This document shows positions 1 through 11,298 of a stretch of 64,000 nucleotides of DNA, in pieces. The stretch lies in NCBI GenBank assembly GCA_963714275.1, contig CAVQNT010000002.1, forward strand, positions 896,001 to 960,000, in the 5' to 3' direction. The notes under the pieces were generated by a model that saw only the letters and a program-made list of their open reading frames with translations, was not told where the DNA came from and did no database searches. This DNA is from Candidatus Bathyarchaeota archaeon (GTDB taxonomy: Archaea; Thermoproteota; Bathyarchaeia; Bathyarchaeales; DTEX01). Position numbers and translations under genes: made by a program. Positions within the stretch are counted from its first letter, which is position 1. The number at the start of each line of letters is the position of its first letter.

Positions 1-1657
1 ACATGGGAACCACCAAATATCGCAACTTATTGTAAAGGTCTTGCAGTTCCCTGACTCTCCTCTCGTCTTCTTCTAACTGCTCTTCCAGCGATGGACCGAT
101 CGACCATCCTGTTATTCCTTCGATGCAGCCTTCCAACCACCAACCGTCCAGAACACTAAAGTTGATGACGCCGTTGTGCGCAGCTTTCATCCCGCTGGTG
201 CCTGAGGCTTCGAGTGGAGGTAGGGGAGTGTTCAGCCACACGTCAACGCCTGACGTGAGTTTAGCTGCAGTGTCTATGTCATAGTTCTCCAAGAAGGCAA
301 TCTTGATTTCGTCTTTGAGTAATGTTTTGTAACGGAAAATTTCCCTAATCATCTCCTTGCCAGAAACATCCCTTGGATGCGCTTTCCCAGAAAGAATCAG
401 TTGAATTTGGCCCCTTTTATTGATCTCTTTAAGCTGATCAATATCCGAGAAAATTAAGGTTGCTCGCTTATATGCCGTGGCTCTCCTCGCAAATCCGATT
501 GTTAATACTGAAGGGTCCATGCTCACATTTGTTTTTTTATTAACAAAGTCCAAAAGGTCCTTTTTGGCATCCATATGGGCGCTCCACAATTCGTTATTCG
601 GGACTTCGTCGACCCTTACGAGCAGTTCAGGTTCGTTCGCCCAGCCTGGGATGTACTTATCATAAAGCTCCCTGAAAACTTTACAGGTCCACATGTAGGA
701 GTGAACACCGTTCGTTATTGCCCAGATCGTGTGTCCCGGAAAAAGCTTCTTAGAAAACTCCATGTGAGCCTTGGTTACGCCGTTGATGTATTTGCTAAGG
801 TTCAGAGCCAGAAGGGTCATGTTTAACTTGTCATTTCCGCCTTCCTTTTTAATGACATCCAGCGGAAACTCGTCATTAAGCAGCTCCTGCACCAAATCAT
901 AGGGGAACTTGTCAAAAGCAGCTTCAACAGGAGTGTGCGTCGTGAATATGCAGACATTTCTTACTTTGTCCGGGTCCATGCCGTTCATTTTCATCAGCTC
1001 AAGAGTGAGAAGGCTTGAGTGCCCCTCGTTCATGTGATATTTCCTAAGGTCAAAATCCAACGCATTAAGTACCCTTATGCCGCCGATTCCGAGAATAATT
1101 TCCTGTTTCAACCTGTAACTTTCATCACCTCCATACAGGAAGTCCGTGATCTGTCTGTCTTCAGGCGCGTTTCCCTGAACGTCTGTGTCAAGGAACAGGA
1201 TAGGAACCAAACCACCCGTTAGGCTCTGGTACTCGTACAGCCAAGAGTGGACCTTAACTTTTCTGCAGCTAATTTTTACTTCGACTTCAATGGGCATCTG
1301 GTCCATAAATTTTGAGGGATCCCATTCGTCAGGATACTCGATTTGTCTGCCGTCTTCGGTTAATTTTTGTTTAAGGTATCCTTTTCTGGCTACTAGAGTT
1401 ATAGCGACAAGAGGGATTCTCAGATCCGCACTAGAACGGATTGTGTCTCCAGCTAGAACTCCAAGTCCTCCGCTGTAGGTCGGAATTTCGCTTTTTATCC
1501 CAATCTCCATTGAAAAGTAGGCGATGTATGATCTTTCAAGAAAAATGTGTCGACAATTGTCGCTACAAAAATAGTAGGTCCGTCCTCTAACATCAGCCTT
1601 AAATTCAGTTTTATCAGAAACAATGGGAACACCACAGATGGGATCCTTCACAATCAC
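1..1657 (-). CDS. glgP: Alpha-glucan (glycogen/starch) phosphorylase with N-terminal YHS/TRASH domain; runs off left edge
   Basis: Manual minus-strand translation: VIVKDPICGVP...YYFCSDNC...IAYFSMEIG...YSGGLGVLAGD, HMNEGH, FTTHTP, EASGTSGMKA; absent from ORF track because truncated by the window. Confidence 0.93.
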   Translation of the reverse strand, partial: MIVKDPICGVPIVSDKTEFKADVRGRTYYFCSDNCRHIFLERSYIAYFSMEIGIKSEIPTYSGGLGVLAGDTIRSSADLRIPLVAITLVARKGYLKQKLTEDGRQIEYPDEWDPSKFMDQMPIEVEVKISCRKVKVHSWLYEYQSLTGGLVPILFLDTDVQGNAPEDRQITDFLYGGDESYRLKQEIILGIGGIRVLNALDFDLRKYHMNEGHSSLLTLELMKMNGMDPDKVRNVCIFTTHTPVEAAFDKFPYDLVQELLNDEFPLDVIKKEGGNDKLNMTLLALNLSKYINGVTKAHMEFSKKLFPGHTIWAITNGVHSYMWTCKVFRELYDKYIPGWANEPELLVRVDEVPNNELWSAHMDAKKDLLDFVNKKTNVSMDPSVLTIGFARRATAYKRATLIFSDIDQLKEINKRGQIQLILSGKAHPRDVSGKEMIREIFRYKTLLKDEIKIAFLENYDIDTAAKLTSGVDVWLNTPLPPLEASGTSGMKAAHNGVINFSVLDGWWLEGCIEGITGWSIGPSLEEQLEEDERRVRELQDLYNKLRYLVVPM

Positions 1658-2259
1658 TACAACAACTCCAAACCATTAGGAACGATTTGGGCTTTTAAGC
1701 TCTTCTTGAACCAATACCGTGCTATGCTATAAACTGTTATTAATAAACCGCAGGCTATTGCTTCTGTTCCTAAAACCATTTGCCAAGTAAAGTAGTGTTC
1801 ACTGTAAAGGTGTATGAGGTAAGCGAATAGAATTAAGGCAAATCCTGAAAGAACGTCCGTGAGGACTCTTCTTTTAAGGTCTTTTGATGCAAGCCTGATT
1901 CCTGCCATTGCAAAGTCAAAGATTCCTACTACGCTGAAGAAAAACGTGGCGCTGTAAATCAGTCCTTCGGGCGGTCTTACAGGCATATGTGCGGTATTGA
2001 TTAGTATAATCCATGACCGGAAATCGTCTATAATGTTTGGGTTCATGGTGAAGACGATGCCAACTGTCAAGAGAAAGAACCCGAAAGAAACTAAGCCTAA
2101 ATAGTCTCTTTCTTTTTCTCCGAAACATGTGTCTCTTTCACGAACGTGCACCCTTGTTTCAACTCGGCTTGGCGCTTCAAATTTCAGGGACGCTCCACAA
2201 TAAGTGCAGAATTTGTCGCCTTCATTAGCTTCTGCTTTACACTTCGGACAGGTTGGCAT
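1657..2259 (-). CDS. Zinc-ribbon membrane protein
   Basis: CPKC..FCTYCG N-terminus, DTCFG motif, several TM segments; start trimmed to MPTCPKC. Confidence 0.75.
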   Translation of the reverse strand: MPTCPKCKAEANEGDKFCTYCGASLKFEAPSRVETRVHVRERDTCFGEKERDYLGLVSFGFFLLTVGIVFTMNPNIIDDFRSWIILINTAHMPVRPPEGLIYSATFFFSVVGIFDFAMAGIRLASKDLKRRVLTDVLSGFALILFAYLIHLYSEHYFTWQMVLGTEAIACGLLITVYSIARYWFKKSLKAQIVPNGLELL

Positions 2260-2362
2260 AACCGTTACCTCGTCTAAATATTTCGTTTCGACTATCTTAA
2301 GATTATGGATAAGTGTTCCACAACATCCTTTATCAACAACTTTTACTTTATATTGAGTTTCG

Positions 2363-3799
2363 ATGTCATTTCCTAGTAAAATTTTCTTCGTGGAACCGCC
2401 GAAAGAAATGTGGTTCGTCATGGGCGAGTATCTTCCTCCCCCATTAGGAATACTGGAGTTAGCCGCCTATCTAGAAAAATACAACAAAGACACTGACATA
2501 CAGGTTCTTGACTGCCAAGCTGAAGGAGTTGACTGGAAGCAGCTGGAGAAACGTATAGAATTATTTAATCCAGACATTATTGCACCTAGCGCATTAGCCA
2601 CATGCAACGTCTACACGGTAATTCGGACTTTAGAAATGGCTAAACGAGTAAATCCAAACATTACAACAGTCGTGGGCGGACAACACTTCACGGCTTTAGC
2701 TCATGAAAGCCTTGAGAAACATCCTGAAATCGATGTTGTTGTCAGAGGAGAAGGGGAACAAACGCTAAGTGAAACTGTTAAGGCGTTAGAAACTGGAAAA
2801 CCGCTTTCGAATGTTGAAGGAATCTCCTTCAGGCACGAGGGGAAAGTTGTTCACACGCCAAACCGTCCGTTAATCGAAAACTTGGACGATTTACCTTTTC
2901 CAGGCTACCATTTTGTCGAAGAACATGCGAGAAAATATCACTTCAAGATGATGGTAGGAGCAAATGTCGGATACACTCTTGTTGAAGCTTCAAGGGGATG
3001 CCCTCACCGTTGTGTCTTCTGTTCGCAATGGAAGTTTTGGGGTGGAAAGTGGAGGGCAAAAACTCCCAAACGTATCGTGGACGAGATTGAGTACTGCCAC
3101 AGGGAGTTCGGAAGCAATTTCATGTGGCTAACTGACGACAACCTAGGCTTAGGCGAAGAGACCAACAGTTTGTGCGACGAAATAATCAAACGTGGCATCT
3201 CGGATGACATTATGTGGTTCATTCAAGCAAGATGTGATGATATCTGCAACAACCAAAAAATTCTACCTAAGCTGAGGAAATCTGGTCTTCTCTGGATTCT
3301 CACAGGGCTAGAAAGTCACAGTCAAGAGACTCTTAACAGTTTCCGCAAGGACCTAAGCCCATCGTACGCAAAGCAAGCTGTCGATTTGTTAAAGAAGAAC
3401 GACATTTTCGCCCAAACAACCATGATCATAGGAAATCGAAAAGATTCTCATGAATCGATTCAAGGGCTTCGGGAGTTCGCAAACGAGGTTGACCCCGACC
3501 TAGCAATTTACATGATTCTTTCGCCATTTCCAGGAACCGACCTCTACGAGACTGCGAAGACTAACGGATGGATAGAAGACGAGAACTGGGCAAACTACGA
3601 TATGGCTCACGCCGTCATGCCTACAGAAAGCCTTTCGAGACAAGAAATCCAAGAGGAGCTTTATGAGTGCTACCGAAGCTTCTACGGTTCGATGAGAAGA
3701 CGCATGAAAAGCCTGTTTTCACCGAACTCGCTGAAAAGGAGAACATACAGGTACTTGGCAAGCCAGGGGCTTTTAAAGACATTAAGGGACTTATTTTGA
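2363..3799 (+). CDS. B12-binding radical SAM protein
   Basis: PPLG..LAAYL, VGGQH, RGEGE, SRGCPHRCVFC. Confidence 0.9.
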   Translation: MSFPSKIFFVEPPKEMWFVMGEYLPPPLGILELAAYLEKYNKDTDIQVLDCQAEGVDWKQLEKRIELFNPDIIAPSALATCNVYTVIRTLEMAKRVNPNITTVVGGQHFTALAHESLEKHPEIDVVVRGEGEQTLSETVKALETGKPLSNVEGISFRHEGKVVHTPNRPLIENLDDLPFPGYHFVEEHARKYHFKMMVGANVGYTLVEASRGCPHRCVFCSQWKFWGGKWRAKTPKRIVDEIEYCHREFGSNFMWLTDDNLGLGEETNSLCDEIIKRGISDDIMWFIQARCDDICNNQKILPKLRKSGLLWILTGLESHSQETLNSFRKDLSPSYAKQAVDLLKKNDIFAQTTMIIGNRKDSHESIQGLREFANEVDPDLAIYMILSPFPGTDLYETAKTNGWIEDENWANYDMAHAVMPTESLSRQEIQEELYECYRSFYGSMRRRMKSLFSPNSLKRRTYRYLASQGLLKTLRDLF

Positions 3800-4476
3800 A
3801 AAAACCAGCAAAAGTTGATGCCGTGGTTTTTTTTTACCTCGCAGTTTCCATTCTTGGCTTAATACTACTTGCCATCCTAACGTTCAACCAAACCGTTCCC
3901 AAAACGGACTTTCCTTGGCAAAAGCCAGCAACGGGATTGATCTATAGTGCAATCTGTGTTCTCGGAATAACAGCAGGACTCTCTCCTCGCCAATGTTCAC
4001 GTGTAACCCATTTTAAAGCAGCAAAGAGAAGCTTCCTTACAACACAAAAACGATTAGTGAACGAAGAAATTACAGCAACTTTTAGGGGGCATCATCCTAC
4101 ATGCGGAAATTTTAGTTCCCATGTTTTATTGTTTAGTGGCAGAATGTTATGTGCTGGTTGCACTGGACTGATATTCGGTGCAATATTGTCTCTTGCTGGG
4201 AGTGCCTTGTATTTCTTTGGCGGTTTATCAATTGGGGAATTTTGCGAAATCGCTTTTTGGATGGGTTTACTCGGAGTTATTTTTGGCTTACTTCAGTACG
4301 AATTGCCAGTCAGCAATAGTGTTCTGCACTTCTTTCTTAATGTTACATTTGTTCTAGGAGCGTTTTTTCTTCTTGTTGAGGTTAACATTGCTAATGAAAG
4401 TCTTCATGTTGAATCTGTATCTTTTGTTGCTGATTATTTATTGGATATTAACGCGTATCGAATTATCACGTATTGA
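3796..4476 (+). CDS. Membrane protein with HHPxC / CAGC motifs; 3' end may be frameshifted
   Basis: ORF 3667..4476, start trimmed to TTG overlapping upstream stop; GHHPTC, LCAGCTG, hydrophobic helices. Confidence 0.6.
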   Translation: MKKPAKVDAVVFFYLAVSILGLILLAILTFNQTVPKTDFPWQKPATGLIYSAICVLGITAGLSPRQCSRVTHFKAAKRSFLTTQKRLVNEEITATFRGHHPTCGNFSSHVLLFSGRMLCAGCTGLIFGAILSLAGSALYFFGGLSIGEFCEIAFWMGLLGVIFGLLQYELPVSNSVLHFFLNVTFVLGAFFLLVEVNIANESLHVESVSFVADYLLDINAYRIITY

Positions 4477-4547
4477 ACATAGAAAAAAGTGCTTCAGCTG
4501 CGGTTCAAAGCCGTGCAACTTTTCCTTCGTAAACTAAGATACTGTTG

Positions 4548-4877
4548 TTACCGTCTCGTTCTTCGTAGAATGCCATAAATCGCGCCTGCTACTATTAACA
4601 GACCGATGATAATCACGAAAAATGGTCCAGTGTACCTGCTTAAATCTTGTCCTAGCAGCATGGTGATTCCATAAAGAAGGATGAACATGCCGATGATTAT
4701 GCCTATGATGGCTCCTCCGTGGGGAAGACCGAAGCATTCATTTTCGATGCGTCCTCCAGGCTGCCCGAAGCACGTGTCTCTGTGTTTTTCTCTTACCACT
4801 TCAAGTCTGGCACCGCAACTAACGCAAAATTTTGCGCCTTCATCGTTCTGAGCACCACATTTTGTGCAGGTAACCAT
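4548..4877 (-). CDS. Zinc-ribbon membrane protein, paralog of 1657..2259
   Basis: CTKCG..FCVSCG, DTCFG, two TM helices. Confidence 0.75.
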   Translation of the reverse strand: MVTCTKCGAQNDEGAKFCVSCGARLEVVREKHRDTCFGQPGGRIENECFGLPHGGAIIGIIIGMFILLYGITMLLGQDLSRYTGPFFVIIIGLLIVAGAIYGILRRTRR

Positions 4878-5010
4878 AAACAATACCTCTTCTACATCAT
4901 TGAATTCTTGGTTATATAAACATTGCATTACTCAACATCTGAATTTAAGCTTTAATTCTTAAATATTCAGAGTGAATAGAATACTCCAAGTTTAGAGGTG
5001 TAGATGTAAA

Positions 5011-5769
5011 ATGGGTAAAATTCCAATCGGGTTGCAGCTTTTCTCTGTCCGCGATGATTGTACTCGGGACCTTCCCGGAACCTTAAAAGCCGTAGCCGAC
5101 ATGGGATACGACGGCGTAGAGTTTGCTGGATACTATAACAGGACCGCTGAAGAATTAAAGAAAATGCTTAACGAATTAGGATTAAAAGTATGCGGGTCTC
5201 ACATTGGACTCAATACGTTGTTAGGCGAAGAACTTGAGAAGACGGTTGAATTCAACAAAACACTTGGAAACAAATTCCTGATTGTACCTTGGATTCCAGA
5301 AGAGAAACGAAACTCAAAAGCAGTGTGGCTTGAAACTGCCAAATTGTTCAGCGAGATAGCCAAAAAAGTTAAACGTAAAGGCATGCACGTCGGATACCAT
5401 AACCACCACGTGGAGTTCATGCCTATTGACAGCGAATTCCCTTGGGACATATTCTACGGCGCAACATCCCCAGAAGTCGTAATGCAGCTTGACGTCGGAA
5501 ACGCCTTGCACGGAAAAATCAGCGTCGACGAGTTGCTTGCCATAATAAAGCGGTATCCAGGTCGCTCGTTAACGGTGCATCTTAAGGAACACTCAGCCAC
5601 AAACGACAAAGCCGTGATAGGTGAGGGAGACATGAAGTGGAAACAATTCTTTAAGCTGTGCGAAACCGTCGGTGGCACCCAATGGTACATCGTTGAACAA
5701 GAATCCTACGCGTATCCTCCGTTAGAGTGCGTAAAACGATGCTTGGAAAATTTGAGAAAAATGTTATAA
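5011..5769 (+). CDS. Sugar phosphate isomerase/epimerase (xylose-isomerase-like TIM barrel)
   Basis: GLQLFSVR, GYDGVE, GYHNH, QLDVGN, VHLKE, IVEQE. Confidence 0.88.
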   Translation: MGKIPIGLQLFSVRDDCTRDLPGTLKAVADMGYDGVEFAGYYNRTAEELKKMLNELGLKVCGSHIGLNTLLGEELEKTVEFNKTLGNKFLIVPWIPEEKRNSKAVWLETAKLFSEIAKKVKRKGMHVGYHNHHVEFMPIDSEFPWDIFYGATSPEVVMQLDVGNALHGKISVDELLAIIKRYPGRSLTVHLKEHSATNDKAVIGEGDMKWKQFFKLCETVGGTQWYIVEQESYAYPPLECVKRCLENLRKML

Positions 5770-5805
5770 TTTGATTATGTTTTCGCCTTAATCTAGGAGG
5801 ATTAG

Positions 5806-6147
5806 ATGAGTATGAGCAGTAAAAAGATGATCTACATAGCCAACTTCAAGGAAATCCCGGTCTTGGAAGCCAAAATCTTCATGTACCCCGTGGGCGACCA
5901 GAAAGGAACCGTTAGACCAGGCATCCTCATACATCTCGAAGATGGCTTCTATGCCTACGACGGTCTTTGCACTCATATGAGTGCTGAGGTAAAATGGAAC
6001 AGATACACCGAAAAAATCTGGTGCACCATGCATGACGGAATGTATGACCCGAAGACAGGCAGTCCATTCATGGGAATGCCAAGAGAGCCGCTAAAGAAAA
6101 TAGAGCTTAAAATAGAAGACAACGGAGACATATACGTCCAACTATGA
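5806..6147 (+). CDS. Rieske 2Fe-2S protein
   Basis: CTHM and CTMHDG motifs. Confidence 0.85.
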   Translation: MSMSSKKMIYIANFKEIPVLEAKIFMYPVGDQKGTVRPGILIHLEDGFYAYDGLCTHMSAEVKWNRYTEKIWCTMHDGMYDPKTGSPFMGMPREPLKKIELKIEDNGDIYVQL

Positions 6148-6486
6148 TAGAATTATTTTTAACAAAAATTATATAGTAGACCAAGTTAGACTTTAACTAT
6201 AAACAGGACCAAGTCTATTCGCTATCGAACAGATGCCTGCGAATCCTTGGATAACTCTTAGCTGAGCTCGTTCAATTTCGGTAATTGAGGTTAACTGAAA
6301 AGTCATGTAGGTTATAAATCCCGATTTTTGAAGACATTATGCCCTGATGTCCGCTCCGCTAATGGGTTGATGTTCCTCAAAAAAGTATCCTCAATCTTTA
6401 CCATAATCTTTTTTATAGAAACCTATAGATAGAAACATGAGTTCATTATAATGCGAAACAAGGTAACTAATTCGGGTGAGTTAAGA

Positions 6487-8975
6487 ATGTGTAATTGTCT
6501 CAAGCAAAACAGAAGCGGCGGAATATCGTACGGTCACTTCGATGATGAAACAAAGGAATATGTCATTTCACGTCCCGACACTCCGACGCCTTGGATTAAC
6601 TATCTGGGAGAGAAGGATTACTTTGCAATGATTTCAAACACGGGTGGCGGCTACAGCTTCTACCGAGACCCCCGGCAACGCCGAGTAATCCGTTACCGCT
6701 ACAATGCTGTTCCAGCCGACAATGGCGGACGCGCACTCTATTTGCGGCTCAGCGACGGAGACTTCTGGTCGCCTACTTGGCAGCCAGTACGTAAGGAACT
6801 TCAAGCCTACGAATGCTGTCATGGCGCTGGCTACACTCGCATCCGCTCAGTATACCGCGGAGTCGAAGCTGAGGTGACATATTTTGTTCCGTTGGGTCAA
6901 ACGATAGAGGTGTGGCGCGTTACCTTGCATAATACCAATGATGCGTCATTAGAGTTACAGGTTTTCTCGCTGGTCGAATTTTGCTTGTGGAACGCCCTTG
7001 ACGACATGACTAATTTTCAGCGTAATTACAACACTGGAGAACTCGAAGTTGAAGACGACGTAATTTACCACAAAACCGAGTATCGGGAACGCCGGAACCA
7101 CTTTGCCTATTTCGCCTGCTCAGAGCCCGTTACAGGTTTCGACACGTCACGCGACGCTTTCCTTGGTCCATACCGCGGCTTCGATCAGCCACAGGTAGTG
7201 CAAGAAGGAAAGTCGAACAACTTCGTCGCGCACGGCTGGGCGCCAATAGGGTCGCACCAAATCAGGTTGACTCTGGGGCCTGACGAGTCGCGAGAGATAA
7301 TCTTTCTGCTTGGCTACGCGGAGAACCAGCAGGACAAAAAATTTTCTGCTCCGGGAGTGATTAACAAGTCCAATGTTAAGCGGACCATTCGGCAATACCT
7401 TGATCCTGCCAAAGTTGATGCAGCCTTCGACGCGTTGCGGAAGTATTGGGATGAACTGTTCTCCATTTACAGTGCACAGACACCCGACAAACATGTGAAC
7501 CGTATGGTCAACGTCTGGAATCCCTACCAGTGCACGGTCACCTTCAACTTGTCGCGCAGCGCCTCATTTTACGAGTCAGGCATCAGCAGGGGAATAGGCT
7601 TCCGCGACACTAACCAGGACCTGCTGAGTTACATCCACATGCTTCCGGCACGGGCACGTGAACGCATCCTGGATTTGGCAGCGACGCAGTTACCCAATGG
7701 GGAGCTTACCACCAGTACGACCCACTCACTAAAAGGGGAAACGCGGACGTTGGTGGAGGCTTCAACGACGACCCACAGTGGCTGGTATTGTCGGTTGCTG
7801 CCTACCTTAAGGAAACTGGAGACTACTCAATTCTGGACGAGTCCGTTGTCTACGACAACAAGCCAGGCACGGAACAGCCCATCTATGATCATTTGAAACG
7901 TGCTTTACAGTACACTTTGGATCGACTTGGTCCGCACAGGTTGCCGTTAATTGGGCATGCGGACTGGAACGATTGCTTGAACCTGAACTGTTTCTCCGCT
8001 ACTCCGGGTGAGTCTTTCCAGACCCACATGGATACGACTGCTGGGACCACGGCTGAATCGGTTTTCATTGCTGGTCTTTTCACGTTGGCGGCGAAGGAAA
8101 TGTCAGCCATTTCCGAGCGCAGTGGACATCAGGATGATGTGGCGTATTACCTTAATCAAGCGGATCAGATGGCGCAAAAGGTCATGGAGCATGGTTGGGA
8201 CGGTGAATGGTTTCTACGGGCTTACGATCATTTCAGCGCCAAGATAGGCTCTAAAGAGTGCGACGAAGGACGCATCTTTATTGAGCCGCAAGGCATATGC
8301 ATAATGGCGGGCATCGGCGTAGACAACGGTCATGCGGTCCAAGCGTTGGATTCTGTGCAGAAACATTTGGCGACAGAACACGGCATCGTCCTGCACCAGC
8401 CTGCATACACGCGTTACTACCTAAACTTGGGCGAAATCTCCAGCTATCCGCCTGGCTACAAGGAGAATGCCAGCGTCTTCTGTCACACTAACCCGTGGAT
8501 AATGATTTCGGAAGCTATTCTCGGACGCGGAGACAGGGCTTTTGACTATTACATGCGTATCTGCCCCTCGACGCGGGAACCCATCAGCAACATTCACCGC
8601 TGCGAGCCATACATCTACGCTCAGACAATCGCTGGTCGCGACGCACCCACGTTCGGCGAAGCCAAGAACTCGTGGCTAACTGGCACCGCAGCATGGAACT
8701 TAGTTGCCATTACCCAATGGATTTTGGGTGTACGGGCTGATCATGACGGGTTGATTGTTGACCCGTGCATTCCCAAAGAATGGTCAGGCTTCAAAGTCAC
8801 ACGGCGGTTCCGCGGCGCAACTTACGTCATCGAAGTCAAAAATCCAAGCCACGTCTGCAAAGGCGTGAAGCAGGTGACAGTAGATGGCAAGATGCTTGAT
8901 GGTAAATTGTTACCAATATTCGGAGACAATAAATTGCATCAGGTAAGTGTGCTATTGGGAACAAAAGCACAGTAA
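6487..8975 (+). CDS. GH94 cellobiose phosphorylase-like enzyme, one frameshift near 7700
   Basis: YGHFDD..EYVI.RPDTP.PWINY; shifted frame restores GAYHQY..GFNDDP; [17 protein letters not shown]. Confidence 0.9.
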
Positions 8976-8982
8976 ACCTAGG

Positions 8983-10131
8983 GTGAAGTTTTTGAAGATT
9001 ACAGACGTCGAAATTTTCGCTACCAAAATTGACCTTGGAAAATTGGGCTGGCACCCAGTCATAATTCGAATCAACACTGACGCAGGGATTTACGGCGCCG
9101 GAGAAATTGGGCTTGCCTACGGCGTGGGAATGCTGCGTAACTTGGCGGAAAACTTCCTGATAGGAGCTGACCCGTCTCGAATCGAGCACCTGTGGGACAC
9201 TATGTACACGAAAACTTTTTGGGCACAAGGAGGCGGACCCGTCGTCTTCGGCGGCATGAGCGCAATAGACGAAGCCCTTTGGGACATCAAGGGCAAGGCG
9301 CTAGGTCTTCCCGTTTACGAGCTGCTTGGCGGTCGCTGCTGGGACAAGCTGAGGCTGTATGCGAACGGCTGGTACGGAGGCCTTGTGACTCCGGACGAGT
9401 TCGCGGAAAAAGCTAAAAGTATCGTGGCCGATGGCTACACAGCCTTGAAGTTTGATCCCTTCGGAGCTGTAACTGAAGGCGTTTGGAGCTTTCCGAAACA
9501 TGCGCTTGAACGGGAAAGGGCGGACATGGCTTTTGAACGGGTGAAGGCAGTTCGAGAAGCGGTTGGTTCAAACGTTGACGTTTTGGTTGAGGTGCACGGA
9601 AACTTGGGCACCACCTCTGCTATTCAGATTGGTAAACGGCTTGAGGAGCTCGATCCCTTCTTTTACGAGGAGCCAGTTGACGCGCTTAACATGGAAGCCA
9701 TGAAGAAAGTGGCGCAGAATGTCAACATACCGATCGCTGCTGGAGAGCGCCTGTACACGCGGTACGGGTTCCGACCGTACATTGAGGACCAAGTGCTCGA
9801 TATAATCAAGCCCGACCTCGGACTCGCGGGAGGAATAACAGAAGTCAAGAAGATCGCCAGCTACGCTGAAACCTACAGCATCCACGTGCAACCCCACAAC
9901 TGCGGCTCACCCATCGGCACAGCAGCTGCAGTTCAACTTGACGCGTGCATACCCAACTTCATAATACAGGAATGGTTCCCATACATGCCTAAGACGCACT
10001 ATGAACTCGTAAAGAAAGACCTGGAACATCAAGCTGTCAACAGCTATTTGGAGGTGCCGCGGACTTCTGGATTGGGGATCGAACTAAACGACGAAGCCCT
10101 GTCCCAATACGAATGCGTCCGTGTTAGCTAA
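8983..10131 (+). CDS. Mandelate racemase/muconate lactonizing family dehydratase (galactonate dehydratase-like)
   Basis: SAIDEALWDIKGK, LKFD, EEP, GERL, PHN. Confidence 0.88.
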   Translation: MKFLKITDVEIFATKIDLGKLGWHPVIIRINTDAGIYGAGEIGLAYGVGMLRNLAENFLIGADPSRIEHLWDTMYTKTFWAQGGGPVVFGGMSAIDEALWDIKGKALGLPVYELLGGRCWDKLRLYANGWYGGLVTPDEFAEKAKSIVADGYTALKFDPFGAVTEGVWSFPKHALERERADMAFERVKAVREAVGSNVDVLVEVHGNLGTTSAIQIGKRLEELDPFFYEEPVDALNMEAMKKVAQNVNIPIAAGERLYTRYGFRPYIEDQVLDIIKPDLGLAGGITEVKKIASYAETYSIHVQPHNCGSPIGTAAAVQLDACIPNFIIQEWFPYMPKTHYELVKKDLEHQAVNSYLEVPRTSGLGIELNDEALSQYECVRVS

Positions 10132-10201
10132 AGAAGACACCATTCACAGTATATTCACATAAGACGAAAAACAAAGAAAAATTACGCATCATAATTGTTG
10201 G

Positions 10202-10319
10202 TGGGCCGGGCCGGACTTGAACCGGCGGCCTCAGCCTTTCCTAACCCTCGTTATTGCGGGTTTGTAAGGGCTGCTTCAGGTCCTTGCGGGATATCCTAAC
10301 CATGCTAGACGACCGGCCC
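10202..10319 (-). tRNA. tRNA-Val(TAC) with two introns (25/26: 10275-10292; 37/38: 10238-10262)
   Basis: Acceptor GGGCCGG/CCGGCCC, T-arm GCCGG-TTCAAGT-CCGGC, anticodon stem CAGCC/GGCTG with CT-TAC-AA after removing two BHB-flanked inserts. Confidence 0.92.
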
Positions 10320-10426
10320 TCTGTGCGGTTAGGACAGTCTGTCTTATAATTTGCTGTTCGTGTTATTTACCATAGCACAACAGGTTCAAATATTTTACCA
10401 CTTTCGATAATACGATAAGGGGTATT

Positions 10427-11209
10427 TTACTTCACATTATAGGCTTTCTTGTAATATTCGTCAAGAATTTGTGGTACTTTGGTCTCGTTCTTTATGGTTT
10501 TTATTGCGTCCGCCAAAAATTCAACTATTTTATCAACAAGTATTTTGCCTTTCGCTTTTGTCGCATACCTCGGGTCGCCAACGTAAAGTTCAACTGCGTA
10601 AGCTTGCCAGTCGAACGGAGTTTCTATTCCTTTAGGCAATCCTGTGCTTCCGAGCTTGGCTTCTCTTTTGATGTTCCCCATTTTTATGTGGTCCCCGAAA
10701 AGGTGAAGCCCAATGCTTGTTTCTATTTCGCAGGCGTGACCGAAAGTTCTTCCTTCGCTTAGCTTGGCAGCTAATTCGTTGATGGGAGCCCAAGGTTCAA
10801 TCATGGCATATAATACGTAATCCTTTTTCTTGGTCAAACTGTCTCTCATAAAGATCCTGAGCAATGCGTTGTTTCCACCGTGACCGTTAACTATCAAAAT
10901 TTTCTTGAAACCGTTTCTCGCTGCTTCATCGCACACCTCCTCTAAAAGAGTAAGCAAGGTCTTGGCTGAAAGCGAAACCGTCCCCGAAAAATGCCTGCTC
11001 TCCGGAACATAAGCATAATACAGTGGAGGCAAAACCACCGCCTCCTCCTTTTCAGCTGCTATTCTCGCAATTTCGTGCGCAGTTATCGAGTCTGTCCCCG
11101 TCGGCATGTGCGGACCGTGAACCTCAATGGAGCCTATTGGCAGAACCGCGACAAGACCATTTTCAGTAGCTTTCTTCACGTCTGGACTGGTCATGTGCTC
11201 AAGCAACAA
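10427..11209 (-). CDS. Creatininase family protein
   Basis: PIGSIEVHGPH..GTD, NGHGGN, GHACEIETS. Confidence 0.9.
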   Translation of the reverse strand: MLLEHMTSPDVKKATENGLVAVLPIGSIEVHGPHMPTGTDSITAHEIARIAAEKEEAVVLPPLYYAYVPESRHFSGTVSLSAKTLLTLLEEVCDEAARNGFKKILIVNGHGGNNALLRIFMRDSLTKKKDYVLYAMIEPWAPINELAAKLSEGRTFGHACEIETSIGLHLFGDHIKMGNIKREAKLGSTGLPKGIETPFDWQAYAVELYVGDPRYATKAKGKILVDKIVEFLADAIKTIKNETKVPQILDEYYKKAYNVK

Positions 11210-11298
11210 TCAACATTCACCTACCAAAATCAGTGTCTACGTAAAACTATTTACAGTTATGCATAAGCAGCGGGATAAAATCTTAGATAACCCGCTGG

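Noticed and set aside
477-1732. Plus-strand short ORFs
   Set aside because: Antisense shadows of the phosphorylase gene.
10202-10319. tRNA-Val as an integration site
   Set aside because: No duplicated tRNA 3' end or integrase seen in the window.
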